From an uncultured archaeon (GTDB lineage Archaea; Nanobdellota; Nanobdellia; Pacearchaeales; GW2011-AR1), in NCBI GenBank assembly GCA_902385625.1, contig CABMGE010000007.1, forward strand, positions 1,565-65,564: a stretch of DNA of 64,000 bases, given 5' to 3'. Below the pieces are notes generated by a model, which had not been told where the DNA came from, made no database searches, and saw only the letters and a list, made by a program, of their open reading frames with translations. This document shows, one piece after another, positions 10,344 through 20,191 of the stretch. Positions within the stretch are counted from its first letter, which is position 1, and each line of letters begins with the position of its first letter. Both the position numbers and the translations under genes were made by a program.

Positions 10344-10979
10344 ATGGAAACACTTGAAACTCAGCTTGAAGAAAAATTCGATGAATTTGCACTGATTAAA
10401 AAGCAGAGAGATTCACTTAACCTTTATTTAGGACTTGTTAGAAATCGCGATGAAGAAACTTGGGAACACTCTGTAAGAGTTGGACTTAAGGGAACTGAAG
10501 TTGCAGGGTATACTCATATTATTGAACCAAAGGCTTTGTTTTACTCAGGACTTTTACATGATGTTGGAAAATCATTAGTTGATCCAAAATCCTTGAAAAA
10601 AAAGAAAGATTTTGGCCCAAAAGACATGGAAGAACTAAGAAAACATGTAATGCTGGGATATAAATTACTTAGAGGAATACATGATTTTTCAGCAAGAGTG
10701 CTGTTATTTCATCATTATTTTCAGGAAAATGGATATCCAAGAGCAATTCCTTCAAAAGAAATTGATATTTCAAAAGGAACAAATGTTTTGATATTATATT
10801 GTGGAAGGTTACTTAGCATAGTTGATTTTTACGATGCTGCAAGCAACAGAAAGAACGAGAAGTTTGTTCCTGGTGCAACTGAAATTCCTGATCATGAGAA
10901 AGTCAAGGAGTCTATTTTGAAATTTAATTCAGATCAAAAGTATCTAATTGAACAGTTGTATGAAAAGGGAATTTTTTAA
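10344..10979 (+). CDS. HD-domain phosphohydrolase (HD-GYP-like)
   Basis: EHSVRV, GLLHDVGK, HH..ENGYP, IVDFYDA. Confidence 0.85.
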   Translation: METLETQLEEKFDEFALIKKQRDSLNLYLGLVRNRDEETWEHSVRVGLKGTEVAGYTHIIEPKALFYSGLLHDVGKSLVDPKSLKKKKDFGPKDMEELRKHVMLGYKLLRGIHDFSARVLLFHHYFQENGYPRAIPSKEIDISKGTNVLILYCGRLLSIVDFYDAASNRKNEKFVPGATEIPDHEKVKESILKFNSDQKYLIEQLYEKGIF

Positions 10980-10996
10980 AATATCGCTCCCGCGAG
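10977..10996. repeat. short hairpin repeat taaaatatcgctcccgcgag, copy 2
   Basis: Identical to 6258-6277; lies between convergent genes. Confidence 0.7.
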
Positions 10997-11041
10997 GCAA
11001 ATTTGCTATTTTTAGCAAAGTAAATTTGATTAAATGGTTAG

Positions 11042-11956
11042 TTACATTCTCTCCAAAATCTCTATACGCTTTTCAATTGGAGGATGAGTTGAAAATAATC
11101 CTTGTATTTTTCTTTTGAATGGATCTGAAATAAACAATGGAGCAACTGCCTTGTTTATTTTTTGTTTTTCCTGATCTGGAACATGTTCTTTTTCTATTTT
11201 TTTAAGTGCGCCTATAAGTCCTGTTGGAGACCTGATGAATTTAACAGCAGAGGCATCTGCCATATATTCTCTTTTTCTTGAAACAGCAAGTTGAACCAAT
11301 TGAACTACAATTGGAGCAAGAATTGCAAGAATAATTCCAATTACCATGAAAATTGCATTTCCTTTGCTATCATCGTCCCTGTTTCCTGAACTAAACCAAA
11401 GGCTTCTTAAAAATATTTCAGAAACTATTGCTATCATTCCAACAAGTACTGCAACAAGAGTCATAAATCTAATATCATAATTTGCAACATGAGAAAGTTC
11501 ATGGCCTAAAACTCCTTCAAGTTCTTGTTTATCTAATCTTTCAAGAGCACCAGATGTCACACAAATAACTGCATTCTTAGGATCTCTTCCTGATGCAAAT
11601 GCATTTATTTCAGAACTATCCATAACATAGAGTTTTGGCATTGGCATTCCTGAGGCAAGAGTTAATCCTTCGACAGAGTCGTAAAATCCTTTGTGAAGTC
11701 TTCTATCTGCAGGTTTTGCATTAACAGATGCAAGAGCAATATCTGCTGAATAATAGTATCCAACCCATACATAAATTATTGAGATAATTATTGCAGCAAT
11801 CATTATTAGAGTAAAGTAATCAGGACCAAGTGCTAAACCAATTACTGCGCCAAGTACAATAAAAACCATGAAAACAATTAGGATTAAGAAAAAAGATTTC
11901 CATTTATTAGTGGATATTTGATTATAAAATGATATTCTTGGTTCTTGTTTTTTCAT
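11042..11956 (-). CDS. htpX: M48 Zn-dependent membrane protease HtpX
   Basis: NAFASG, GHELSH, SRKREYMADA, STHPP. Confidence 0.95.
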   Translation of the reverse strand: MKKQEPRISFYNQISTNKWKSFFLILIVFMVFIVLGAVIGLALGPDYFTLIMIAAIIISIIYVWVGYYYSADIALASVNAKPADRRLHKGFYDSVEGLTLASGMPMPKLYVMDSSEINAFASGRDPKNAVICVTSGALERLDKQELEGVLGHELSHVANYDIRFMTLVAVLVGMIAIVSEIFLRSLWFSSGNRDDDSKGNAIFMVIGIILAILAPIVVQLVQLAVSRKREYMADASAVKFIRSPTGLIGALKKIEKEHVPDQEKQKINKAVAPLFISDPFKRKIQGLFSTHPPIEKRIEILERM

Positions 11957-12025
11957 TTTCTTTATAGATAGTTATAGTATTAATATAATAGAAATTATAT
12001 GATATTTAAGTATTACGAATCAACC

Positions 12026-12382
12026 CTAATTAATCTCTTCAACTTTTGAATGATCGTAAGGAAGTGAATAATAAGGAAATCCCAGATCTGCGATTTTCAT
12101 TGATAGATCAAGTGCAAGATCAGAGAGTTCTTTTGCAGAATTTGCTTCAAGACTTAGGTGATAGGGTTTTTTATGAATGGAAAAAAATCCATTTTTATCC
12201 TTAAAACTAACTGAAGATAGTTCAGGTTTAGTGTGATAAACTGCAAGAACCATTGGAAGATCACTGACTAACTCTGTTATTTTCTCCAGTTCAGGAAAAT
12301 AATGACAACACAAACCCTTTTTTCCTGTTGGTGCACAATCTGTTCCTGCGCACCTTGGATAATAAGATATACTCACCGCCAT
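12026..12382 (-). CDS. hypothetical protein
   Basis: 118 aa ORF with TATA-like element upstream. Confidence 0.55.
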   Translation of the reverse strand: MAVSISYYPRCAGTDCAPTGKKGLCCHYFPELEKITELVSDLPMVLAVYHTKPELSSVSFKDKNGFFSIHKKPYHLSLEANSAKELSDLALDLSMKIADLGFPYYSLPYDHSKVEEIN

Positions 12383-12436
12383 TTTATTAAGATAAAAAAA
12401 TTTAGTTTATAAGAATTTGTATATCTGATTATTGTA

Positions 12437-12619
12437 TTATCTCGGCTTTATTAAAATATAAACACCTAGAATAAGGCAGATAAGGGCTACAATTGAAGAT
12501 TTATCCGGGATTGGAATAGGAAGCCAGCTAATCAATGCAGATGCTATAAGAATTGTTGCAATTATTTTATTCTCTGAGAATTTTCTTGGTTTCTCGTGTA
12601 TTAGTTCTATTTTTGGCAC
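12437..12619 (-). CDS. small membrane protein
   Basis: GTG start with aggagg SD; two TM helices. Confidence 0.55.
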   Translation of the reverse strand: MPKIELIHEKPRKFSENKIIATILIASALISWLPIPIPDKSSIVALICLILGVYILIKPR

Positions 12620-12894
12620 TTTGAATTTCCTCCTTTTTTAGATAAATTTTTCAAAAACTTTTATGGTTTTTTGAAAATACCTCTGTCTCTTATATTAAAT
12701 ATAACAATTTGTTCTTTAAAAATATATTGATTAGTATTTGTAATTCAAGTTCTCTATCATTCTTACCAATTAGATTCATTATAGTCTTATTTTTATTTAC
12801 TCACCCCTAATTATTGAGGGAGAGATAAGGAAAAATAAGCGGTATTTTACAAGTAAAAAAATTGTAGGATTAATCTCAGAACAGTTTTGAATAA

Positions 12895-13188
12895 CTATAT
12901 GAACATAAGTGTAATTGTTAATGCAAAAAGCATTATAATAACTACTAAGTTTATTCGGCTCATACTTATGTAAAAAGAATATTTTTTGTCGTTTGGATGA
13001 GAATTATGGAAGATTTGCTTGTAATAAGGAATATCGTCGTAAGTAAATAGGCTATTTTTTATTACTTTGCCGATTTTAGGATACTTTTTTTTAGTATAGT
13101 TATAGAATTTGTATGTAAAAAATAATTCTTCAATGGATACTATTATAACTATAACAAATAGTAACTGAAATAGATTAATATTTTCCAT
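12895..13188 (-). CDS. small membrane protein
   Basis: Two TM helices, gaggt SD-like sequence upstream. Confidence 0.6.
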   Translation of the reverse strand: MENINLFQLLFVIVIIVSIEELFFTYKFYNYTKKKYPKIGKVIKNSLFTYDDIPYYKQIFHNSHPNDKKYSFYISMSRINLVVIIMLFALTITLMFI

Positions 13189-13252
13189 TTTACCTCTTTT
13201 TATAGACTTGATAAGAATCTTCTGTTTAAAAATATATTGATTAAATCTCGAC

Positions 13253-14632
13253 CTAGTTTATCCTTGCAAATTTTTTTGTTTTTTCAATATGGTAGATGCA
13301 ATAATCATTATATCGGAAATCTGTTCCATTAGAATCCATTGAACTTTTACAACCGCCCCTGCAATATACTGCGTATTTGCATGACTTGCAATGTTTTACA
13401 AGTTTTTTAGGTTCTCGGTTATATGAAAAAGCTCCTTTTTTTAGCCATAATTCTTTTAATGGAGTTTTTCTAATGTTTCCTTCTACAAATTTATCATTTT
13501 GTATAGGGCATCCCTTTAAATTACCTTCTGCATCTACAGAACAACCTGAAAGTCCTGCTCCACAACCAGTCCAAAAACTATCTCTTAGATTTAGACTACC
13601 ATAATAACCCATACTGTCTCCTACACTAATATTTGTTATTTCTTTTAGCTCCTCTCTATATTTTGCAATCTTTTTACCAAATTCATAAAATTCTTCTTGT
13701 GAGATGGAGTCTGCTTTACTTAAACATCCTACTGGCAGAGCATAATATAGGTTCCAGGAATTTATCCTATTCTTTTTTATAAAATTTTTTACATTATCAA
13801 GATCGTTAAAATTCTTTTTTGTTATAGAAGTTGTTAGTCCAAAAGGTATCTTATATTTTTTGAAAAGATTAATAGTTTTTAATACTGATTTATAGACTCC
13901 TTTTTTATTTCTAAATTCATCATGAACTTTGCCTATTCCATCTAAACTTATATGGACATTAAATGTTTCTAACTTTTTTAATTTTTTAACTATATCCTCA
14001 TTTATTAGTGTGCCGTTAGTTGTTATTCCGATCTCAATTCCCTTTTTTCTTGCATAGGATAATATTTCAAACCAATCTTTTTTTAAAAAAGGCTCTCCTC
14101 CGGAGATATTTATTACAAAAACTTTTAACCTGGCGCAATCGTCAATAAATCTAAAACATTCCTCTTTTGTCATTTCATTTTTTAATTTAGCTCTTGAAGT
14201 GTTTCCGCAATGAGAACATCGAAGATTACAATTATTTGTGATCAACCAGGATATTTGATTAGGCCCTCTTAAGACAGGAGATATTGAATAATGTTCTTTA
14301 AATTTATAGTCTATAGAACCATTTAGCTTCACTAAACCGGTTTTAGACATAAATGATAGATAATTAAGGGCCATAGGAACAAGTAGGGCATAAGGGACCC
14401 GGGTTTCTTTAGACAATTCAAGAAGTATAGATTTTAATTGTTTTTTCCCATCAATCTTATTCAATAATTTAAAACCTATATTATTTATAAGAATTACTTT
14501 TAAGGTCTCGATATCAAAGATTGTATAACCGAAATCTTCAATCCTATATCTAAAATCGTTTTTTTGAGGTATTATATTCCTTAAATCCCCTAACATAGAA
14601 TTTCCAATAAATTCTGAAATCGCAAGAACCAT
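13253..14632 (-). CDS. radical SAM/SPASM peptide maturase with N-terminal PqqD/RRE-like domain (PlpX splicease-like)
   Basis: CNLRCSHC, SGGEPF; SPASM GDSMGYYG...WTGCGAG...DAEGNLKGCP and CKSCKYAVYCRGGC; N-terminal winged-helix-like LNNIGFKLLNKIDGK. Confidence 0.85.
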   Translation of the reverse strand: MVLAISEFIGNSMLGDLRNIIPQKNDFRYRIEDFGYTIFDIETLKVILINNIGFKLLNKIDGKKQLKSILLELSKETRVPYALLVPMALNYLSFMSKTGLVKLNGSIDYKFKEHYSISPVLRGPNQISWLITNNCNLRCSHCGNTSRAKLKNEMTKEECFRFIDDCARLKVFVINISGGEPFLKKDWFEILSYARKKGIEIGITTNGTLINEDIVKKLKKLETFNVHISLDGIGKVHDEFRNKKGVYKSVLKTINLFKKYKIPFGLTTSITKKNFNDLDNVKNFIKKNRINSWNLYYALPVGCLSKADSISQEEFYEFGKKIAKYREELKEITNISVGDSMGYYGSLNLRDSFWTGCGAGLSGCSVDAEGNLKGCPIQNDKFVEGNIRKTPLKELWLKKGAFSYNREPKKLVKHCKSCKYAVYCRGGCKSSMDSNGTDFRYNDYCIYHIEKTKKFARIN

Positions 14633-14638
14633 TTTTAA

Positions 14639-14785
14639 TTATTGTATTTTAGGTCTGTAATGCGGAGTTCCGTATTTAACAGTAGCATGTAATGCCTGCC
14701 AAACCATTGCTCCAAAAATTGTTAAAAGGAATATAATTATTGCAATAGCAATACCCCAACACCTTTTTTTAACTTCTTTTTTCAT
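14639..14785 (-). CDS. 48-aa putative RiPP precursor/substrate (not in ORF track)
   Basis: Manual translation MKKEVKKRCWGIAIAIIIFLLTIFGAMVWQALHATVKYGTPHYRPKIQ; fills the gap between lemA and the rSAM gene and ends 6 nt before the rSAM start. Confidence 0.75.
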   Translation of the reverse strand: MKKEVKKRCWGIAIAIIIFLLTIFGAMVWQALHATVKYGTPHYRPKIQ

Positions 14786-14801
14786 AATAAGCTAGTAAGT
14801 T

Positions 14802-15377
14802 TTATTCTTCAAAATCAATGCTTGGCATTGCCTTGTTTGATTCAGGAATCTTAAGGAAGTCTTTCTTTTGTCTTCCATAAAGATTGAAAAAGAAAACTCC
14901 TGGGAATTTCTCAGAAGAGTTTTGAAGTTCAAGTACTGAATCATTGTAATATTGTCTTGCATAAGCTACTTTATCTTCTATTGCTGAAAGTTCAGTTTGT
15001 AACTGAAGGAAATTTTCATTTGCCTTAAGATTTGGATAGTTTTCTGCAACTGCGAATAATCTTCCAAGTGCACCTTGCAACTGGTCTCCTGCTTTTACTC
15101 TTTTTGCAACATCTCCACCTTTAAGAAGTGAAGCTCTTGCATTTGTAACTTCTGTGAATATCTTTTTTTCATGCTTTGCATAACCTGAAACAGTTTTAAC
15201 AAGAGCTGGAACAAGGTCTGCTCTTTTCTTTAGTTGAACATCAATTTGAGAAAGTGAATTATCAATTCTGTTTTCAAGAACAACAAATCGGTTATAATAG
15301 TAGATAAATATAAAGGCAATTATTACGACAAGTACTGCAAATATAATCCCTATAATTAAAGCTAGTCCTAGTACCAT
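14802..15377 (-). CDS. lemA: LemA family protein
   Basis: QIDVQLKKRADLVP, AENYPNLKANENF, ARQYYND. Confidence 0.95.
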   Translation of the reverse strand: MVLGLALIIGIIFAVLVVIIAFIFIYYYNRFVVLENRIDNSLSQIDVQLKKRADLVPALVKTVSGYAKHEKKIFTEVTNARASLLKGGDVAKRVKAGDQLQGALGRLFAVAENYPNLKANENFLQLQTELSAIEDKVAYARQYYNDSVLELQNSSEKFPGVFFFNLYGRQKKDFLKIPESNKAMPSIDFEE

Positions 15378-15482
15378 ATTTTTTATAATTAATCTGGATT
15401 TATAAAGGTTTTGAATAAGATTAATGCCTCTTGGCATTAGTTTATGATTATTTATTAATTTTTAATTTCTGAAAGAAAACTC

Positions 15483-16025
15483 TTATTTCTTTATCTCAAA
15501 AACCAACTTTGTTTTGCAAGGAAGTTTTGGTGTTGCTTTTTTGAAAAATGCTCTTACTTTTGGAATATTCTCAGGTCCATTGAAATAAGCTGAAAAAACA
15601 GGCTTTCCTTTTCTTACAACAGCTGTTCTTCCTTCAGGAGTCCCAAATGATTTACTCATTCCTGTCTGGATTCTTTCTCCTTTACTTCCTCCAGAGAAAA
15701 CTCTATTATTTCTAATAATATTATGCGGATAACAATGGCATCTTAAAAAATAAGTTTTTTGAAATATACCGGTCATATCTTTATGCAAAGATTGTCTTAC
15801 TGCTTCAAGAGACAAGTCTCTTATCTGAATATTTTCTTCTGTAGAAAGAATAACTCCTATTTTGTATTTTCCTTGTTCAAAACCCAATGGATCTCCCATA
15901 TTGAATTTAACAATCTTTTGAGGAGGAACTTGTTTTACATAAGAATACTGAGTTTTTTTAGATTTTCTAGTATTTGTTACAGGCTTTCTTTTTGAATATG
16001 CTTTTGCTCGTCTTACTATTGCCAT
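15483..16025 (-). CDS. rpl10e: 50S ribosomal protein uL16 (L10e)
   Basis: QIRDLSLEAVRQ, YPHNIIRNN, GMSKSFGTPEG, KLPC. Confidence 0.93.
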   Translation of the reverse strand: MAIVRRAKAYSKRKPVTNTRKSKKTQYSYVKQVPPQKIVKFNMGDPLGFEQGKYKIGVILSTEENIQIRDLSLEAVRQSLHKDMTGIFQKTYFLRCHCYPHNIIRNNRVFSGGSKGERIQTGMSKSFGTPEGRTAVVRKGKPVFSAYFNGPENIPKVRAFFKKATPKLPCKTKLVFEIKK

Positions 16026-16026
16026 T

Positions 16027-16284
16027 TTATTTTACCTCTACCTCGGTGTTTCTTGCTTGTCCTGGAAGGCCTTTTTCAAATATAGCTCTTACAAGACCTT
16101 TATTTCCATGAGAATCAGATATTTTTCCTTTGATTTTTTTTCCAGCAGGGCTTGTCCATGTAACTTCTTTTCCTGCAAACTTCTTTGCATCTTCTTTTGA
16201 TTTTGTACCTACGTCTAGTATGAAATGTTTTTCGTGGATTCTTTTAAGTCCTCTTCTAAACTGTATAACTTTTCCTTTTGTCAT
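16027..16284 (-). CDS. rpl35ae: 50S ribosomal protein eL33 (L35Ae)
   Basis: GKISDSHGNKGLVRAIFEKGLPGQA. Confidence 0.93.
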   Translation of the reverse strand: MTKGKVIQFRRGLKRIHEKHFILDVGTKSKEDAKKFAGKEVTWTSPAGKKIKGKISDSHGNKGLVRAIFEKGLPGQARNTEVEVK

Positions 16285-16358
16285 TTTTATATATTAATAA
16301 CGATTAATTATAAAATCCTATAGAAAAAGTAGGTTTAAAAAGGTTTTGAATTCACGAT

Positions 16359-16616
16359 TTAAGCAGTTGTAAGCTCTGCATAAATCTGATTGTAATGAAA
16401 TAGGTCTTCTTTTGTTTTTTTAACCAATGCTCGTCTAAACTCAACCAGATCTGGATGTTTCTCAAAACTAAAATTTGGATTAAGAATATCTGTAAAGCTG
16501 CTTACCCCATTATATTCTTCTGCTAGTTTTTCAAGACTATCCTTCTCATTTATAGCGAAGTCTCTGCTTTTTTCAGTATCTCCGTTTTGATAAGATATCG
16601 GTAGTAGGTATTTCAT
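16359..16616 (-). CDS. hypothetical protein
   Basis: 85 aa ORF with upstream TATA-like element. Confidence 0.55.
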   Translation of the reverse strand: MKYLLPISYQNGDTEKSRDFAINEKDSLEKLAEEYNGVSSFTDILNPNFSFEKHPDLVEFRRALVKKTKEDLFHYNQIYAELTTA

Positions 16617-16656
16617 TTTATTAGAATAAAATAGCTATTTAAAAATGTTGCGAATG

Positions 16657-17130
16657 TTATTTCAACCGGTCAATTCTTGCATGAAGGCCAATTGTTGCCC
16701 TGTAATTTCTTAGAAATCTTCTTGCTGCTTCATAAACGCAGATATCTGCCATTTTTCTAGATCTTTTTGGATACTCTAGTCTATTTTTTTCAGGACTTAG
16801 TTCAATTGATTTTGAATAATACTTAGACGCTTTATAGAAATACTTGAATGCAGCTCTTGGCTGTGAAAGTGCAACTGAAGCAAGGGCTGCTTTTTCATAA
16901 AAAGTTGCAGATAAAAAATAGTTTGCAGAAGCAGTATTGTTGTTACCGTCGAAATAAATTTCTTTTCCTGATTCCACTGCTCTTTCCAGGCAATATTTTC
17001 CTGCTTCAAGTTCTGAAAATCTTTTAAGTTCAAACTGTTCTTTTGACATTTCTCCTCTCAGTCCAATTCTAAGACTTTTAAATGCAATTTTCTTTTTCTT
17101 TCTTTCTGGAGATTTGGTTTTATTTAGCAT
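16657..17130 (-). CDS. helical-repeat (TPR/SNAP-like) hypothetical protein
   Basis: A/Y-patterned helices (SANYFLSATFYEKAA, AFKYFYKASKYY). Confidence 0.55.
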   Translation of the reverse strand: MLNKTKSPERKKKKIAFKSLRIGLRGEMSKEQFELKRFSELEAGKYCLERAVESGKEIYFDGNNNTASANYFLSATFYEKAALASVALSQPRAAFKYFYKASKYYSKSIELSPEKNRLEYPKRSRKMADICVYEAARRFLRNYRATIGLHARIDRLK

Positions 17131-17233
17131 AAATTTTCACACCAAGTTAGGTATTTAAAATTAGTGTTTACTAAAAGTGTTTTAATTATTAATTAAAGTT
17201 AAATAGAGCAATTTCTTCTGTTAAAGTATTAAA

Positions 17234-17305
17234 GCTCCCATAGTTCAGTGGATAGAATGCGACCTTGCGGAGGTTGAGACCGGAGTTCGAATCTTCGTGG
17301 GGGCG
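17234..17305 (+). tRNA. tRNA-Arg (anticodon GCG)
   Basis: Cloverleaf: acceptor gctccca/tgggggc, D arm tagttcagtggatagaa, anticodon arm cgacc-ttgcgga-ggttg, T loop gttcgaat; no CCA encoded, no intron. Confidence 0.95.
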
Positions 17306-17332
17306 TTTATCCTTAGGGTTAACAAACACCAC

Positions 17333-18241
17333 TTAAGCGATAATTTGTCTACGAGAACTATTCTTTTGTTTTTTTGAGTTATAAGATTGCAAAATTATAC
17401 CAAATATAATAATTACTAAACCAATGACTGAGGAGATCATAATTTTTTCACCAATTAAAAAATAAATGTAAACAAGAGAAACAAAAGGTGTTAAGAAAAT
17501 AATATTTGATATTTTAGCTGTATCTCCATATTTAAGGGCTAATTGCCAAAATAGGAATGCTAATCCACTAGGAAATATTCCAAGCCAAAGCAAACCTAAT
17601 GTCTCTGATATGTTTATTTTAGGTAAAGTAGAAAAAAAGATTACTGCAATTATAAAATATACAGATGTAAATAAGTAAAAAAGAGTCATTGAAGTTGTTC
17701 TTTCATAATCTTTTTTCTTTGTAATTACAGAAAATAATCCATAACAAATCGCACCTGCGAAAGCAAGAATAACTCCCATTGTATTATTGATTAAATTAAT
17801 ATTGAGGCTTCCCTGAGTTATTACAATGAATACTCCAATAAAACCTAAGGTTATGGCTAGAATTTTTTTAAAACTAAAAGTTTCATATTTAAACAAGATT
17901 GAAAATATCACAATGAACACTGGCCATGTATAGTTTACTATAAATGCTTCTTGAGCAGAAGAAAACATCAATGCGCCATAAAAGAAGACATAATATAGAA
18001 AAATTCCTATAAATCCCATTAATGCAAAATAAGCATAATCTTTAGTTTTATATTTTTTAATAAGATTTAGCTTTTTTTGAAAGATAGTTATTATTAAGAG
18101 AGTTAAGAAAGCAATTATTGATATGAACAAAGATACCTGAATATTATTTAAATTTTTTAACAAGAGTTTTCCCACTGAAGCACTTGAACCCCATAAAACT
18201 ACGGATAATATAACATACAGATATGCCTCTTTCTTTACCAT
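17333..18241 (-). CDS. DMT/EamA family transporter
   Basis: About 10 TM helices with duplicated EamA pattern (VVLWGS; YTWPVF; FLTPFVS). Confidence 0.9.
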   Translation of the reverse strand: MVKKEAYLYVILSVVLWGSSASVGKLLLKNLNNIQVSLFISIIAFLTLLIITIFQKKLNLIKKYKTKDYAYFALMGFIGIFLYYVFFYGALMFSSAQEAFIVNYTWPVFIVIFSILFKYETFSFKKILAITLGFIGVFIVITQGSLNINLINNTMGVILAFAGAICYGLFSVITKKKDYERTTSMTLFYLFTSVYFIIAVIFFSTLPKINISETLGLLWLGIFPSGLAFLFWQLALKYGDTAKISNIIFLTPFVSLVYIYFLIGEKIMISSVIGLVIIIFGIILQSYNSKKQKNSSRRQIIA

Positions 18242-18410
18242 ATCAAACCTAATTTAAGTATTATTATAAAACTATTCCTTATTAATTTTCATATGTCGGT
18301 GCCCACCAAGGAGCGTTTTTTCTATTTTTCTTGTTCAAATTTTCAATATTTTTATCCTCGATAAAAATTATTTTAGTTCAAGACTCCTGGGGAGCACTAA
18401 GCGAGATTAC

Positions 18411-18439
18411 TCGTGGGGGGCGTGTGTCCTTAGGATTAA
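18411..18439 (+). repeat. att-like copy of tRNA-Arg 3' end and downstream flank
   Basis: tcgtggggggcgtgtgtccttaggattaa vs tcgtgggggcgtttatccttagggttaa at 17295-17322. Confidence 0.75.
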
Positions 18440-18535
18440 TTTAGCAACATAAACCGAATAACTACGAGCCCCACGAGTTCAGATATGTGGCGGGGAGTTG
18501 AACTGGAAAGTTATGTTCTGCGACAGGAAGTTGAA

Positions 18536-18949
18536 CTACTGATCATCTGGATCATAATCTGCCCATATTAAAGAAGAATCAACATCAGTACCAAAACCCA
18601 AATGTGAAGGTAAATATGCATAATCTACTTCGGCTGAAGATGTAACATCATTTCTATTCATTTTTGAAAACATAGAGTCTAATGCTTTTTCTCCGCCTTG
18701 AAAACTATGTAGTTCTCCCCTTTTCTTTATTAATAAAAATTGTTCATCTACAAGTTCATGAATACCTTTTCTTATATAGTGTTCTCTATCATTAGCTAAA
18801 GCTAGTGATGCTGCTGCGACTTGTTGAGATTCAGCTATGGTTTGAAAATTTGGTACAACATGAGCAATTGTTTTTGCTGGAAAACGATGTAGCATATAAT
18901 CTTTAATTGCCTCTTTAACTTGTTGTAAAGTATTTTTATTGTATTCCAT
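18536..18949 (-). CDS. hypothetical protein
   Basis: 137 aa ORF between two att-like repeats. Confidence 0.6.
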   Translation of the reverse strand: MEYNKNTLQQVKEAIKDYMLHRFPAKTIAHVVPNFQTIAESQQVAAASLALANDREHYIRKGIHELVDEQFLLIKKRGELHSFQGGEKALDSMFSKMNRNDVTSSAEVDYAYLPSHLGFGTDVDSSLIWADYDPDDQ

Positions 18950-19030
18950 TGCTTTTCAATTAAAATATAGTTTATAACATTTTTGTAACACATTTTATCA
19001 CATTTTTTATCATAATTTTTGTAATACAAA

Positions 19031-19060
19031 TCGTGGGGGCGTTAATCCTTATGGACTTAA
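19031..19060 (+). repeat. att-like copy of tRNA-Arg 3' end and downstream flank
   Basis: tcgtgggggcgttaatcctta matches 17295-17315 with one mismatch. Confidence 0.8.
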
Positions 19061-19104
19061 ATCTCCGTTAAATAGAATCAAAATTGTGAATGAAGATGAA
19101 TAAT

Positions 19105-19281
19105 TTATCTTTTTTTCTTTTCATCATACGAAGTATCAATTAAAGCTGTTACAATAAACAGAATTAGGGTAATAGAAGTAATTAAGAGATTGGAGTCATT
19201 TGAAGCAACAACCCAAACAAAAAATGCTCCAAAGATTATTGTAAGCATCCTACAAACAGCGCGGATATAGTTGAATTTCAT
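19105..19281 (-). CDS. 58-aa two-TM membrane protein (not in ORF track)
   Basis: Manual translation MKFNYIRAVCRMLTIIFGAFFVWVV...DEKKKR; gagga upstream. Confidence 0.5.
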   Translation of the reverse strand: MKFNYIRAVCRMLTIIFGAFFVWVVASNDSNLLITSITLILFIVTALIDTSYDEKKKR

Positions 19282-19351
19282 TTTAAGTTTCCTCTTATTT
19301 ACATTTTGAATTACTTATTTAAATTATGGGGTGTTTAACTAATTATTACTG

Positions 19352-20191
19352 TTATCTTCCAAAAAGTCCACTTAACCATCTAAAAAATTTAGCGATTATA
19401 TTATTACTAGCACATTTATTATCAATACATAAATTACTTGTGCATTCGAAATTATTTTTACATTGAGAACTAGACGATAATTGAAGAGAGAATCCATCTT
19501 GTGAGCAATACTCTTTATTTTTACGATATCCGAATGGGTAACATTTGTTATCATCTTGGCAATTATGTCCGCAAGTATAAACAATTCTATTCACTTGGTC
19601 AATCTCTGGAATTTCTACTGGCTGATTTGTAACCCCTACAACTTTTTCTGTCCCTAAACATCGTCCATCTTCACAACCAAAAGGACAAACATAAATAGCT
19701 TCTCTACTTGTTACATCAACATATCCTTCTTTATCACAAAAATATTCAAACAGGCCTTCTTCTTTACCTGGCTGAGGGACTTGATTATCTTTAACACAAA
19801 TATCTGACATAATTTGATACTCTTTAATTCCATTTTCTATTCTTTGAGCAGATCCCAAAGTCTCGCCTTTTGTATAATAACTTTTTCCCTCATCAGAATC
19901 AATACATTGCTCTTTCTTTTCTCCCTTTATACATGCACCATCTTTACATCCGTTTGCACATTGATAGCCATGTACTCCCAGGCCTTCGATACAAGTTCCT
20001 TCTTGCAATCCTGTATCTGACACACATTCGTCTGTCCATGAACCCTTGTAGTCAGGAGGGCTATTTAGGGTAGTTCCTTTTTCAAAATAATTCCTGCCAT
20101 TATCACTATCATTACACTCTTCAGCAGAAATAAATCCAATAAATAGAGTTATACCTAAAATTAAAGCAATAGCAAATATTCCTCTTTTCAT
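19352..20191 (-). CDS. secreted Cys-rich repeat protein
   Basis: Signal peptide; two C.DSD.G..Y..KG.T...C..GC.DG.C repeats; C-terminal Cys cluster and amphipathic FFRWLSGLF tail. Confidence 0.8.
   Translation of the reverse strand: MKRGIFAIALILGITLFIGFISAEECNDSDNGRNYFEKGTTLNSPPDYKGSWTDECVSDTGLQEGTCIEGLGVHGYQCANGCKDGACIKGEKKEQCIDSDEGKSYYTKGETLGSAQRIENGIKEYQIMSDICVKDNQVPQPGKEEGLFEYFCDKEGYVDVTSREAIYVCPFGCEDGRCLGTEKVVGVTNQPVEIPEIDQVNRIVYTCGHNCQDDNKCYPFGYRKNKEYCSQDGFSLQLSSSSQCKNNFECTSNLCIDNKCASNNIIAKFFRWLSGLFGR

Noticed and set aside
10344-10979. HD protein as Cas3-HD or a defence nuclease
   Set aside because: Motif pattern fits HD-GYP-like phosphohydrolases and there is no defence context.
18376-18398. 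Possible second tRNA (gttcaagactcctggggagca)
   Set aside because: Only a T-arm/acceptor-like fragment; no D or anticodon arm.
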